Shown here one piece after another: positions 1 to 14,631 of a DNA stretch of 64,000 nucleotides. A program made the translations under genes and the position numbers. The stretch is taken from assembly GCA_964016885.1 (NCBI GenBank), contig OZ024743.1, positions 147,002,001-147,066,000 of the forward strand. Reading direction: 5' to 3'. The notes below the pieces were generated by a model. The model was not told where the DNA came from. It saw nothing but the letters and a program-made list of their open reading frames with translations, and did not search any database. The number at the start of each line of letters is the position of its first letter. Within the stretch, counting starts at the first letter, position 1. This DNA is from Eledone cirrhosa. Taxonomy: Eukaryota.

Positions 1-22
1 AAAATTATAAGCATTAAGATTG

Positions 23-63
<41 letters not shown>

Positions 64-689
64 GTAATATCAACCTCAATGCTTATAATTTTAAATGAAA
101 AATGAAATATTAAATTAAGAGATTGGACCATGTAATTGCAGACAGACCTCTGATCAAAATCTTTGAAGCTGTGACCATCCTCATTTTCATTTAGATATTA
201 TCAAGTAAGTCTTTTGTTTCTTTACGATGGACGTTGTGTGGTTTGCTGTTTTTAATAGGTCAAAAGATTACATCGAATCTCCACCTTGTCTTTGGCTCAA
301 GGAGCTCTCTGTTTAATCTTTATTTTAGGGACTTTACTTTGCTAGGTGTGGAGGAAGGAGCTGTACTCATTGTACTCTCAGGCTTTCTGGGATTAGTGAG
401 TTTAATGCCATTCACATTTCAGTAAGCGTAGTGGGGAGTAACGAACCTGAGGTTAGGACGTAACATGGGTGATGACAAGAAACGAATGAGTGGGAGGTGG
501 CGGCATAAGATCAGTCGAGTCAAAAGATAGTGACAATTCTATAATTTGTAATGTGATACAGTCAAAGTGCTATTTTATATGCTAATTTTCCAGAAAGTTT
601 GCTACTGTGGTTTCATGTGGTACGGGATGTTAAGAGTTAGTACCTATATAAGACGTTAGAGTGCTGAGACTCTGATATTAGTGTAACCA

Positions 690-1115
690 AGGAATGATGG
701 TTAGAAGGGAGGTAGCCCTAGGGCCAAGGACATCAGAAGTCTCCACTGCTAGGGGCTCGACAGCAAACCTGTCGGAGAGCGACCGATACTTGGATAGTTT
801 ACCCTCCTCAGCCCGAAGTACAGCAGAACCTGGGTTAGTCGCAGACTGCACAAGGTTGCTGTTGGAGATTGTGTCGCTGCATGTGACATCCTAGACGAGG
901 GGTTTGCCACCGCGGAACGGGAAGATGGTCATGCCGTCTGGCTTTTTGTCGTCCCCACGGTCGAGCTGGAAGGGGAAGGCCGCAGCATCCAAGCCATGCT
1001 TTATGACCTCGTTGAGAGCAGCATGGCGTGGAAGGCGGCCGGCACTGTAGCGACAGGAAAGTGGACGGAGGCCGAAATAATCTACGGTGGATCCACAGCG
1101 ACAATAGCTGTAACG
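690..1115 (-). mobile_element. Non-LTR retrotransposon 3' fragment, CRE-like: zinc knuckle plus restriction-like endonuclease, pseudogenised
   Basis: Minus-strand translation CRCG..GLRPLSC..GRLPRHAALNEVIK..KPDG..LV*DVTC..AEEGKLSKY..PLAVET matches the CCHC + PD-(D/E)xK RLE pattern. It has an in-frame stop. Confidence 0.75.
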
Positions 1116-1572
1116 AAAGCATTTTACTGCATTTGAAACAAAACACTTTGGCGAGGAATTATTACTTTTTAACCGTTGGCCATCTGTCATTCGACAGGAG
1201 ATCCAATTGTAGAAATTGCTTTGAGTAAAACAAGATACTGCATTTTATAACAGTGTGCGTATTGAAAATAAAGAACATTTCTCATTAATTCAGATGATAT
1301 ATATATATTTTTTATATATCAAGTGTAGATTTTGTTCTTGATGAAAGGGAACACCCTTTATTTATTCAAACTTGATTGTTATATATTTTTCAAATATATG
1401 ATGTTATATTTGTTGATGTTGCTTATCACGATGACACTCCTGATGAAAGAGACCTGCCATCAACCCGTAGAGGTTCCCACAGTTCCTTGTTACTGAATAC
1501 AATGTATTTTATTATTGCCTCAAATATATGATTTTGGGTGGATGGAAGCTGTGTAGATAGACCATACCTCAC

Positions 1573-1739
1573 CTTGCGTAGTTGATTGAGTTAATGTTTA
1601 ATTTTCCACCTGGCTTAACACAATCACCTGGTCCTAGATTGCTTTTAGTGGAGTCCACTCTGTTGTAAATATGTGGACTATGATTCCCACCTGAGAATAG
1701 CAAGGTTTTCTTCCATTTCCCCCACCAATTAAAGGAGCC
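1573..1739 (-). CDS. Candidate host-gene coding exon, product unknown
   Basis: Good acceptor (cttttgcag) and donor (AAG|GTGAGG) flank a 167-bp open frame (GSFNWWGKWKK...INYAR). No homology recognised. Confidence 0.3.
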
Positions 1740-2235
1740 CTGCAAAAGGGTATATGCGCTAACCACCCTCCCCGAAGTATTAGCAATGTATTGTTTTAAT
1801 ACAAAATAAATTTGTGCTATTTTTTTTAAAATCTTCGTTGAAATGTAGTGTAATAAGTCTCGTTAATATTGCTGACTTGATATATAATAACAGCATTCAC
1901 ATCCATCATCATCCTGTTTTCCCAGATATATTGTATCATGGACTACATTATCGAACGAGTCCTTTTTTTTAAGACAGTAGGTTATAGTTGGAACGATCTG
2001 GGGTGTTATTTCTAGCAAGACTACAATCTGTGTAGAGGCTGTTTCCTCAGCTCATGTGTATTAAATATAAAGTGCAGTGGCAGGTCATTGTAAGGAGGAA
2101 GAAAAAAATTGCTACAAAATGTTTCTCAGCTTCTATATTAGCAGTAGAATTTCTAAATGAATATTTAATAGTCCATGGATCTACAGATTAACATTCCTTT
2201 CAGATCATATCACTGCCCTCTTGGTGTTGTTTTCT

Positions 2236-3446
<1,211 letters not shown>

Positions 3447-4740
3447 TATACCACGAACGCCATCCGCAGGGCCATACGGACGGAGGGATTTGACATACAT
3501 TTGGCCCACACAGGACCTTCGCTGCGAAGATGCCTCTCCAACAAACCCTACGAGGCAGATGGGACGTGTTCCCTCAGCAACTGCCCGATACGGGGGGCAG
3601 ATTGCCTACGCACCTATGTCGTATATAAGATTCAATGCGATAAATGTAACAAGTTTTACATAGGTAGCACCATCCGACCCCTACATGTTCGTATCAAGGA
3701 ACATATCAACACCAACGCATCTTCCTTCCGTAAACATATCCTTAAATGCGGAAACCCACAGGGTAGACCCTTGGTCACAGTCCTAGCGACTGAACGCAGC
3801 ATCGGATCCTTAAGGATAAAGGAAGCACTTGTTATTAAGAACCTCAGACCCCCACTTAACAACCGGGCTGAGAGAAATGAGCTGACATGGCTAACTTAAC
3901 CATAATGACCATTCACAGCCTACGGCCTGCTATCTTCACACACACGCACGTATATGCATACCCATACGCATGCACACACACTTCTATATTTATACACGCA
4001 CACATGTTTTTACAACCTACCACCTTTCACACCCTTTGATTTCCAGCTTCTACAGCCCACTATCTTTCACACACAAACGCACTCACACATATACACACAC
4101 AGTTACACACACACATGTATACCCATACGCTTACACACACACACATCTATATTTATACACGCACACATATTTTACAACCTACCACCTTTCACACCCTTTG
4201 ATTTCCAACTTCTACAGCCCACTATCTTTCACACACACACACACTCACACATATACACACTTACACTTATACACACACAGTCACACACACATATATATTT
4301 ACATACATATATCTTACGGCTTTCACACGCTAACGCACCCTCTTGATTTAACCCATTTGGTCAGTAGCTTTTGCCACAGCTTATCACGCGCACGCGCATT
4401 CTTTCCCTCGTTTAAATTTTAAATATTTTTCTCCCCATAACGGCATTCCTGTCTTAACGACATCACCACTTTCTCCGCTTGGCCTGTTTTCCCCCCTTTT
4501 GGAACTTTTCCCCCGTTGATGGGCGTGAGCCCGAAATATTGGGATTAAATCTCTACTACGGTAACCCTTCTACCTTTGTTTTGTTTTCATCTTTGTCTCT
4601 CTCAATTTTCACTTTCACCTGTTTTTCCTATCTATATTTCACTTCCTACCTCGAGATTTCCCTTTGCATTGTTGTGGCTTTCTTAAATACGTATCTTTAC
4701 ACATTTCACAATGCTTCAAGCAAACTTTAACACCCTCCCA
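3447..4740 (+). mobile_element. 5'-truncated Penelope-like element: GIY-YIG endonuclease (to 3899) plus 3' UTR/pLTR
   Basis: [34 protein letters not shown]...[14 protein letters not shown] ~160-bp tandem duplication lies in the UTR. Flanked by TA tracts. Confidence 0.88.
4509..4544 (+). ncRNA. Degenerate minimal type I hammerhead in PLE 3' UTR
   Basis: tccc-ccgttga-t-gggc gtga gccc-gaaa-ta-tt-ggga, with two core mismatches to CUGANGA. Confidence 0.4.
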
Positions 4741-4743
4741 TAC

Positions 4744-4794
<51 letters not shown>

Positions 4795-4812
4795 TATCTG
4801 TATATATATATA

Positions 4813-5023
<211 letters not shown>

Positions 5024-5024
5024 G

Positions 5025-5056
<32 letters not shown>

Positions 5057-5149
5057 CATATACATGTGCGTGTGAGTGTATGTGTATATAGTTCGAAAAT
5101 TCGAAAATTAACAAAACAAACATAGAACTGCAAAACACAAAGTCTTATG

Positions 5150-5204
<55 letters not shown>

Positions 5205-5283
5205 GCACATATATATATATATGTATATATATGTATGTATATATATATGTGTGTGTATGTATGTATGTATATAAATATATAAA

Positions 5284-7132
5284 TATTTGGAAACCATTCT
5301 CTACCGCAAAGTTCTAGACAAATACGGCAACCACTTCTACCAACACATAGAAAAAACTGGATGAGGTATCTGGACGACTGCTTCATCCTCTGGCATGAAA
5401 GTATAGATAGACTGTTTGAGTTTAAAACCCTCCTAAATTGACTCAACACAAACTTACAATTTACAATGGATTACAGCCATGAACAACTCCCTTTCCTCGA
5501 CATCCTCATCAAGAAAAAAAGCAACAAAATAGAAACAGACATATACTACAAACCCACAAACTCCAAACAATATCTTCCATTTAACTCGTGCCACCCTCGC
5601 CATACCAAAATGGTAATTCCTAATACCCTAGCCCGAAGGATCTGTACAATAGTTTCAGATAAATACACATGCTACACACGACTAGAAAAATTAAAGAACA
5701 CACTTATCAGCAGAAACTACCCACCATCCCTAATCAACAATGGATTCCAACGTGCCCTAAAACTCAACATCCAGGAACTCAGACACCCCAAACCCAGGAA
5801 TGAACCGCAACAGAAAACTCTACCATACATCTCCACATACAACCCCCTCAACAATGAGGCTTTCGACACCATCCTCCAGAACATTCCTTTACTAAAAAGA
5901 GATCCAAGAATGAACAAAATCCTCCAAACACATAACATCATAAAGAGCAAAAGGCAACCTAAATCCATAAAAAACATCCTCACACAAGCCAAAATCCAGC
6001 CAACCCTCACAATGAACCCTACAGTAAAAAGAAATGCGGAAGGCCCAACTGTGGTATATGCATAAATCTAATAGAAAGTTCAACATTCCATTTAAAACAA
6101 GGACAACATTTCACAGTTAAACACAACTTTACATGTGCATCTGAAAACCTAATCTATGTTCTAACCTGCTCAGGTTGTCAAGAGCACTACATAGGACAGA
6201 CAGAATACAGCCTCCGACAACGTATGACCGTCCATAGATCACAAATCAAAATACAGGAATACAGAAAGATTGCTTTTAGTGAACATATCGCCAATTGTAC
6301 ACCTAACCAACATCCAAACTTTAAAATTTTCCCCATTTACAAATTCATAGACAACGCTTCTTTCATCCATCGTACCAATAAGGAAACGTACTTCATTAAC
6401 AAATTCCAACCTCTACTTAGTGGACTAAAATTCGGACTATACTAAAACTGGAACGAACAATGAACCAAAACCAAATTCCTATGTTCTCTAAAGAGTTACC
6501 TCCCTCACACCCTACCTAATCCTTTTTCTTATATAAATGAATTACCCCCTCTCATTTCTCTCTCCCCTACCTGACCACCCTGAATTATCTCCCCCTGTAT
6601 ATTAACTCTCTAAAAAGGGAAATCACATCAAATCAAACTCCAGACTACCATTTGCCTCCATCATGGGTCAACTACGCACTCTTGCCATAATAACACATTT
6701 TGAACTGCTTATCCTCAAGTACTATGCTTGTAAATAATATTATTTTTTCTTTTCCATTACCTTATCATGTTCCACATTAACCCCTGTTTTTTCTTTTTTC
6801 TTTTCACTTCAAAAACCTTGTTTGTAAATAACATTACTCTTTCTTTCCCATTTCCTTAACATGTTCAACATCACCAACATTTTACACCAATACAAATTCC
6901 CCCCTTTGATAATGCATAAAATGCTGAAACCGGTAATAGACAATTATTAAATATATAAATAAATAAATAAATGCCATTGTTAATTAATAAATAAATTAAC
7001 TAATACCTTAACACTTCACACAAAGTAAAATATTTTGTTTTAAATATTTTCTAACCCAGAAAAAATAGAAAAAAATAAAAGGGAAAAAAAAAAATTCTTC
7101 TTCCTAATAATCGTCTTTTTCTCCATATTTTC

Positions 7133-7135
<3 letters not shown>
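5284..7135 (+). mobile_element. 5'-truncated Penelope-like element: RT C-terminus plus GIY-YIG (frameshifted, one stop) plus 3' UTR
   Basis: RYLDDCF, LPFLDI..ETDIYYKPT..YL.FNSCHP, then NLIYVLTCSGCQEHYIGQT. The reading frame ends at 6445. Confidence 0.92.
6901..6940 (+). ncRNA. Minimal hammerhead-like motif (U3-A8 core) in PLE 3' UTR, weak stem I
   Basis: ttgataa-t gcat aaa atgc t-gaaa-ccgg-ta. Confidence 0.5.
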
Positions 7136-7215
<80 letters not shown>

Positions 7216-7436
7216 TGTTTAACATTCCGGCTGCGGTGCCAAACGGTTTCGGTTTATTTGTTCAGTACACCCCTGAAAAAACCTGCTCAGCAAACAAGCC
7301 AAAACCGTTTGTCGCCGTCGTTTGTCTTTTACATATCTCTACACCCACTCTGCATCTTCCAGTGTATTGAGTACTCTCATGGTTAGTGTTCTCCCCAGTC
7401 TCGTCACTACAAACACACACAGTCTCTCTCTCTCTA

Positions 7437-7468
<32 letters not shown>

Positions 7469-7736
7469 CATGTATATATAAACACAACACAGCAGTCTGT
7501 CCAGGAATTGGACTGATGATATTACGATGCAATATATTATATATAAGCAATCGTTATATATAACGATTGCTTTTCATTGGGATGTTATGTATTTTGGTGA
7601 CAAATTTCCTTATGTATAATACATAAGGAAATGTGTCACCATTATACATAACATCTCAATGAAAAGCGATCGTTAAAAATATCTCGCAAGGGAAGCAAAT
7701 ATATATAGAACATCTAATACAAAATCACTGAGGGCT

Positions 7737-8340
7737 AGATCCCAATAGAGTATTCTAAAAAGAACACTTCACAAGCAGGAATATAGTCTTAGTTAAGCAA
7801 CCTAAAGTTAGAAGGCTGCACGAAGTTCCCTTATTGCAGTTGAAAAATAACGCTGACCATCCCAATAGATTAAGACGATCACTGATAACAGAACAACTTT
7901 TTGTCAGACAGAATTCTATAAGGTATAAGAAAAAATATATATACCCGTTAAGAGAAATTAGTCCATTCTCATCGATCCTGCATGGTGGAAGAAAAAAAAA
8001 AATATTACACGCATGCGTAGATCTACTAACAAGGTAAATATTTGTATTTACGGACAAAGTGACGAGTCGAAATTGCCACTAGAAATAGCAGTCAATATAG
8101 ACCGGCTATCAACTCAACAATTAGGGAGCAGTAAATTTGTCACCAATATATATAACATCTTAATGAAAAGAAACTGTGGTCATATCAATCTATTGGGATG
8201 GTCAGCGTTATTCTTCAACTTGGAAACTGCACTAAGGGAACTTAGGGAAGCCTTCTAACTTTAGGTTACTTAACTAAGACTATATCTCTAGGAAAAGATG
8301 CTTGTGAAGTGTTATTTTTAGATTAATTTATTGGGATCTA
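7737..8340. repeat. Diverged inverted repeat (7737-7870 vs 8187-8340), with nested palindromes at 7540-7675
   Basis: The reverse-complement match is directly visible. Confidence 0.8.
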
Positions 8341-8454
8341 CGCCAATAGAGTATAGGTATAAGCGCAGATAGTGCTATTAAACCGAGCTACAGATTAAGT
8401 CTACAATCCAGGAATAGGAGCAGTCCCATCATCGATCCTCCACATAGAACCGCT

Positions 8455-8585
8455 TAAAAATGTTTTTCAAATATCCTTGGCCGAAAACTATTGGTAGATA
8501 TCTCTTGTTCAAGATGCCACATAGTTGGTTCGAACCTGGAACCACTTCGTTGCGAAGCGAATGTTTCAACCACGCCAGTCCACAG
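8455..8585 (-). mobile_element. tRNA-derived SINE fragment
   Basis: A-box/B-box-like ggcgtggttgaaac...ggttcgaacc followed by cttgaacaag. Confidence 0.55.
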
Positions 8586-8805
8586 ACTACGCAGCACATC
8601 CTGATATTCCCCCTGCTGGAACACCCTTGCATAGCATTGGACTTGGCAGAGTTTAATGAGAAAGAACAGCAATGTGTTCAGCTGTGGTGGAACCACATCT
8701 AGCCAAGCTTTGTAGCTGACACTCTTGTGGACACGATAAGAAAGAGGGAACCACGCCAGTTGAGCTGATCTGGTCATATTATTCCCTGACTGTTCAAATA
8801 CCCCG

Positions 8806-8915
8806 GGAGTTCAAATCCCGCCGAGGTTAACTTTGCCTTTCATCCTTATGGGGTCGATAAAATAATGCCAGTAATACACTGCGATAATTGCTGGCCTTTT
8901 GCCAAAAGTAGAAAA
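8806..8915 (+). mobile_element. SINE family 1, 3' part (MetaSINE-like core)
   Basis: gagttcaaatcccgccgagg..gcctttcatcct..gggtcgataaaat. Other copies at 19558, 30461, 32549 and 35524. Confidence 0.8.
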
Positions 8916-9899
8916 AATTATTCTTTGATTGTGTATATGTGCACATGCCTGTGTTGCGCTTCAGTACGTTTCTCCCTGTATATTGTAGTAGTAGTAGTAG
9001 TATCAGCAGCAGCAGTAGCATAAGCATCATAATCATCATCAGTAGTAGTAGTAGTAGTGGGGGTGGTAGTGCTGGTAGTAATAGTAGTACTGGTGGTGGC
9101 TTGGTAGAAGTGTTGTTCATGTCAATTTAATTGTTTAAAATATCACAAACCTTAATAGTAGATTAAGATCAGACCAAATTTGAATCAAATCCTAAAATTC
9201 TTTTGGTCTTTGCTTCAAATTACCACATTTCTTTTATTTATATTTTCTCTCTGCTCCCGTTTCTTACTCGTCCAAACGATCTGTAAAATCTAGGTCAAAC
9301 TATTTTGCAGTTTGAGTTGACTTCAAAAGAAAGTTTGTCTCTAATTGCTTTATTTCTTCTTGAATGATATCCTTGGTAATTTTTAGTATTTGGTTTCTTG
9401 CTTCTCTTTTGTAAACTTCTATATCATTGAAAATAATTTGTAAATAGTCTTTGGAGATTTCTTTGCTTAATGTCGTCTACTTTATATCGTAGTAATTTTT
9501 TAATATTATTTTCTATTCTATATTTTTTCTATTCTTTTCTTTTCTTTCTTTTCTTTTCTTTTCTTTCTTTCTTTCTTCCTCTCTCTCTAACTCCTCTTCC
9601 TCCCATCCTTGTCATCCTCATTTGTCTTCCCTCATCATCATATACGCTTCTTCCTCACCACCACCTTCTTCTTCTTCTTCTTTGTTGCTCGGTATAGTAC
9701 ATCCCTTTTTTTCCTAGTTTTTAAACATTGTCTTACTTAACTATTTTCGACCTGCAATTCCTTTCCCAACTATTAAAAACTGTTTCCCATGGGTAATACA
9801 TTCTATTAAAATCCTTAAAAATGTTAAGCAATAAATTGTGCCGTATTCAAGGCTACTTTCTTTTTATATATAGGGTAAATCAAAATGGCGAACTGGTAA

Positions 9900-10094
9900 C
9901 AGACATGCCAACTTCTAAACACCCAAACCGGGAGTACCATGAAAAATAGTGCCCCCAAACGGGAAGAAATGGGAGAAAATGTGGAGATTTTACATAATGA
10001 AAGCTATACTCATTTTCACAAGAGAAGACATCTCTCACTCACACCAAAGTGGGTGGGAAATCTCCCTGTCGGACGGGGAGAGTTGATAGGTCTG
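9900..10094. mobile_element. MITE (hAT-like) with 6-bp TSD
   Basis: Imperfect TIRs cagacatgccaact / agttgataggtctg. tggtaa is duplicated at 9894-9899 and 10095-10100. Confidence 0.65.
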
Positions 10095-10189
10095 TGGTAA
10101 GTATAGAAAAAATGTTTAGAGACACTGGAAAATGTATCTTGCGTTTCAAGGGTAAGTCAGCTCTCTCTCTCTCTCTTTATATATATGTG

Positions 10190-10228
<39 letters not shown>

Positions 10229-10564
10229 ATATATATACATATATATACAACTTCTGATTTAGCCTAAGAAAATATCTATATGCGTGTGTAATTTATACAA
10301 GCATATATTTATTTTTTTATTTTCAATTGAGTTCTTAAACACGTTGGATTGATAATGTTTTCAAAAAGACTAATTAACCCACGTGTATATTATTATTTTT
10401 TTTCCTCATTTCGTGGGTTGTCTCCCCTTCCCGCTTCGTGTCGCTATGATACTTCCTCAGTCAAAAACTGCTGGAATTTCAAATTTAGCGGTCATTCGAG
10501 GTGGGAGAGACCAACTTTTTGACAGCGGTAAGAAATTGTTTTCTTATATCAATGTTTAATGGGC

Positions 10565-10680
10565 TTCCACTGATGATTTATAAGTGCCCACCTAAATATA
10601 TTCTTACATTAGGCTTCTACATAAACTGGAAACATTCTCCCAAACTTGTAGAAAACTTATAATGAAACAATTGTTTGGAA
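10565..10680 (+). ncRNA. Type I hammerhead ribozyme with long stem II insertion
   Basis: Stem I ttcca/tggaa; ctgatga; stem II ttataag/cttataa; gaaa; palindromic caattg; GUU site. Confidence 0.75.
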
Positions 10681-10859
10681 AGAGAGATATACTTTAACTT
10701 TAATTATATCTCATAAAATAATACAACTAGTTTTTCCACATTATACATATTGTTAGCACCCTAAACACTTAAATTGGGTTTATATTTTAATATAACCTAA
10801 TGTTTGTTGAGTGAGATGGTTACCAGTCAGAGTTTAGCTTTAAACTATCTCTGTTATTG

Positions 10860-10917
<58 letters not shown>

Positions 10918-11580
10918 CCCTCCCTTTGTGTGTGTATGTTAAGGGTTTTTTGAAAAATCGATGGACTTACTAAAATTAGAAGCCGAATAACTCTCAAAAT
11001 ACATTGTATTTTTTACTTTTCCGATCTACAAAACCTATGTACAATCCACATTACTAGTATACTTTTCTCATACGGGGAAAAGTGTTAAAAAATATAACAT
11101 TTCCACTCTTCATTTTTTAAATAATAAAAAATATACAAAAACAATTTCTCGCCTCAAGCTCGTTGGTATTTCTTTCAAACAGACCCTGAATAGAAAGGTT
11201 TTCTTTTATCTTTAATGGATCTCTTTTTGATTACGCTTATATTCCGCCTCATTGATAAACTTATTCTGTCTAACGTCGGTAGCAGATACTTTAAATGATA
11301 TGTTTCTTTTTTCATTCTCTATTCATTTTTCAGTACATACGAAACCCCTTTTCTCAGATTTCTTTTTACCTTATAAAGACGTATACCATTTGTTTCTGGA
11401 AGAAAGCTGTCATACTTTATTATAATAATTCTATTAGTCCTATCTAACTTATCTATTTTTGTTGTTCTCCGATTAATAATAGCTACACTGTGTCACACAA
11501 ATACAATTGTCCATAAAATAGTTAAATCAATAATTTCGTGCTCATCGAGTTCATTCTTACAATAATTCCAACCTATATAT

Positions 11581-11661
11581 TCAGGGTGTCCCCCCAAAAT
11601 GTGTACACATATTTATTAGAATGCTGTTGAAATGTGTATACATTTTCTGGGACACCTTGTA
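11581..11661. mobile_element. Tc1/mariner-type MITE
   Basis: TIRs cagggtgtccc..aaaatgtgtacacat / atgtgtatacatttt..gggacaccttg. Confidence 0.7.
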
Positions 11662-11781
11662 TACATATACATATACATATACATATATATATATATATAT
11701 ACTATCCGGGAGCTTCCAACAGACATAGTCGCATTCTTTTAAGGGTATGTCAATATTTGTTTATAAAACTGATCTATATTA

Positions 11782-11846
11782 TATTTTATCTGATGAAAGC
11801 GCACCATAATTTGCTTTGGTGTCCTTGAAATATGTATAATGAAATA
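11782..11846 (+). ncRNA. Type I hammerhead ribozyme
   Basis: Stem I tattttat/atgaaata; ctgatga; stem II aag..cacca/tggtg..ctt; gaaa; tatgta; UA site. Confidence 0.7.
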
Positions 11847-12422
11847 AATATGGTTTTATAAATATAGTTTCCATTTGTTAATATTATATATATATATATA
11901 TGTATTATCATCATCATCCTCATCATCATGTAACATCCGTTTTTCATATATGTTTATATATATATAAATATATATATAATAGAATTAGAATTTAGCTTTC
12001 GTATTTCTAAAGAAATGCGGTATGTTTATGAATAAACATTTAGAAAGCCGTAGCTATGCAAAATCACCGGCGGCTATCGCCACCTGGTTGTGTCCAGCAG
12101 AAGAAAGGGAGACATTCGTCAATGTATTTCGAACTTAACTGGTTTTTATCAGGATGATCCCCTCCACTCTTGCAACTGTTGGACTTTGAAAACAGGCGAG
12201 AACATAGTTTTCTCGTCTGTGTAAATGAAGTGATTAATCTCATTTGCATATGAAGCTGTATAAGTTGGCTCAACTTATAATAGAATAGAATTAGAATTTA
12301 GCTTCGAGCATAGCTGTATACAGATGATATGTATTGGAATTTCCTATTTTTAAAGAAATACGGTATGTTTATAAATACACATTTAGAAAGCTGTAACTAT
12401 GCAAAAACACCGGCGGCTATCG

Positions 12423-12499
<77 letters not shown>

Positions 12500-12959
12500 G
12501 TTTATTATCATATCTTTCAATTATGTCATATTTATGTATGAGAAACACAACGATCAGCGGAATAGAGCGTATTATAATGTAATATATATAAATGTATAAA
12601 CATGCACCTAAAATAAATATGGAAATAGAAATATTGATATAAATAACTTTTTACCATCGGACCGATAGGTTTCCTGTAGCATAGTACAACTGTCATTGAG
12701 GGAAAGGCAAGTGATGATACAACAAATGCATTTATGTTTCGTTGAGCTGGTCCACATCATCAAGAGCTGGGACTTAGTTTTATTGCCTTTCATGTTTTCC
12801 TTTAGAAATTTGTTGTTTATTGTTCGCAGTAATAACATACAGACACGTCTGTTATATGACCGCAATTAATAAAAAAATTAATTACTGATATGAAAGGTTG
12901 ACACATATAGATTGCAATACTTTATCAAACACATTCAGTATTCTTCTGTTGCCTCATAA

Positions 12960-13165
12960 ATTCCAAAAGGCAACTATCAATTAAACTTCGGTAAGTGCCA
13001 TACAATGTTTTGTTTCTTTTCTTTTTTAACACGAAACCACGAGCATTTTATCAGTTGGTTATGGGCCCCTGAAATTGCTTCAACAAAATATTCAGAATGG
13101 TTAATTGTTAACTGGTTGTATCCCATGCCCACTTCATAAATTCCTTGATATGAAGCCCTATGGTT
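12960..13165 (-). mobile_element. Merlin/ISXO2-like transposase fragment
   Basis: HRASYQGI..MGYNQLTINHSEYFVEAISGAHNQLIKCSW resembles the ISXO2 GY.H.TVNHS..FV...G.HTQ.IE..W motif. Confidence 0.7.
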
Positions 13166-13442
13166 TTTCACTTCAATTTATTACAAATTTCCAGTTGGCT
13201 GGTTTAATAACTGGATGGTTGTTTATTTATTGTCAAAGCTCTTCCGTGTGACGAAAGCCCTTTGACAATAAATAATAAACAACCATCCAATTATTAAACC
13301 AGCCAACTGGAAATTTGAAATAAATGGAAGTGAAAACGCGGAGGTGCGTGTGCTTTGTTTGGTAGCATGACCCTCCCAAAGTATAACAATATCAACACAG
13401 GTTTTTAGATAAGAAACCTTGCAAAACAACTACAAAAACGAA

Positions 13443-13545
<103 letters not shown>

Positions 13546-13559
13546 CGTGCGTGCGTGTG

Positions 13560-13622
<63 letters not shown>

Positions 13623-13837
13623 AAAGTTAACTCGAGTTGAGTGTAATAGAATTCGTAGGAAAATGGGAAAACTCAGCGCAAAATGGGAAAACATCAAAAT
13701 GCCGCCAATGACGGCGTCGGATAAAAAGATTTACCCCAAAGGATAGAAATCAACGGCTAGAAGTGAATTCGCCCGGAAAAGTGATAGGAAGAAAGGAGAA
13801 AGGGATAAAATGGACGAGAGTAGATCACAAACATGCA

Positions 13838-13904
13838 CTCATCAGCTCTTAGACCACCTGTGGTTTTAACGATTTAAGTAAAAGTACCGCGTAAGACAGA
13901 TGGC
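13838..13904 (-). ncRNA. Non-circularly permuted hammerhead candidate, family C (G12A)
   Basis: gccatct..gcgg-ta-ctttta-linker-aaaa-ccac-aggtggt-c-taagag-ctgatga-g. It lies between ~530-bp-spaced direct repeats (13615 and 14147). Confidence 0.5.
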
Positions 13905-14445
13905 TTGTAACAACGGAGAAATATATATCTTTGTTGGGATAATGTTTGTGTCAGGAACGAATAGATTAGATAGGCAAGTCTGAGAGAGTGGCAAGTAGGA
14001 GAAGGGAGAAGGAAAGAAAAGAAGCAGTAAGAGGAAAGAGAGAAAAAGAACGAAAGAAAGGGGATTAAATTGATAGGAAAGAAACAGCCAACTAACCTCA
14101 AGCTTGGTATTCGTTCGAAATAGAAAGCTACAATAGCTGTGATAAAATATAAACAAAGTTAACTCGAACATGGAGTTTGAGGTGCGAGTGTATTAGAATT
14201 CATAGGCAAATGGGAAATCTCAGCACAAGGAAGCTGTTAAAACAGCAAAATGTTGTCATGGACTGCGTTGGGCAATATTTTTACCTCAAAGGAAAGAAAT
14301 CAGCAGTTAGAATTAAGTTGGCTCGAAGAAGATGGCTGACTGAATATACACGTTTGTTTTTTTTCTCCTCCATTTTGTTCCTTAATTTCCCTGTTACTTC
14401 CTTTTATCATTCTTTCCTTTCTATTTCTCTTCTTTTTCTAACTAT

Positions 14446-14480
14446 CGCCTGACGAAGGACTAGTGTCCGAAACGTTAAGA
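14446..14480 (+). ncRNA. Minimal PLE-type hammerhead, stem I decayed; same family as 45741-45774
   Basis: ctgacga-a-ggac tagt gtcc-gaaa-cg-tt-aag. Confidence 0.6.
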
Positions 14481-14573
14481 CTCTCTTCCTATTATTTCAA
14501 GCGTTAAACTAATATATTTCTTCCATGTGATGCGCTATTTGTTTTGTTATTTCTGATTACCTTTTACATATAT

Positions 14574-14631
<58 letters not shown>

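Noticed and set aside
1335-1510. Two tgatgaaag motifs
   Set aside because: No matching GAAA/NUH with a closing stem I.
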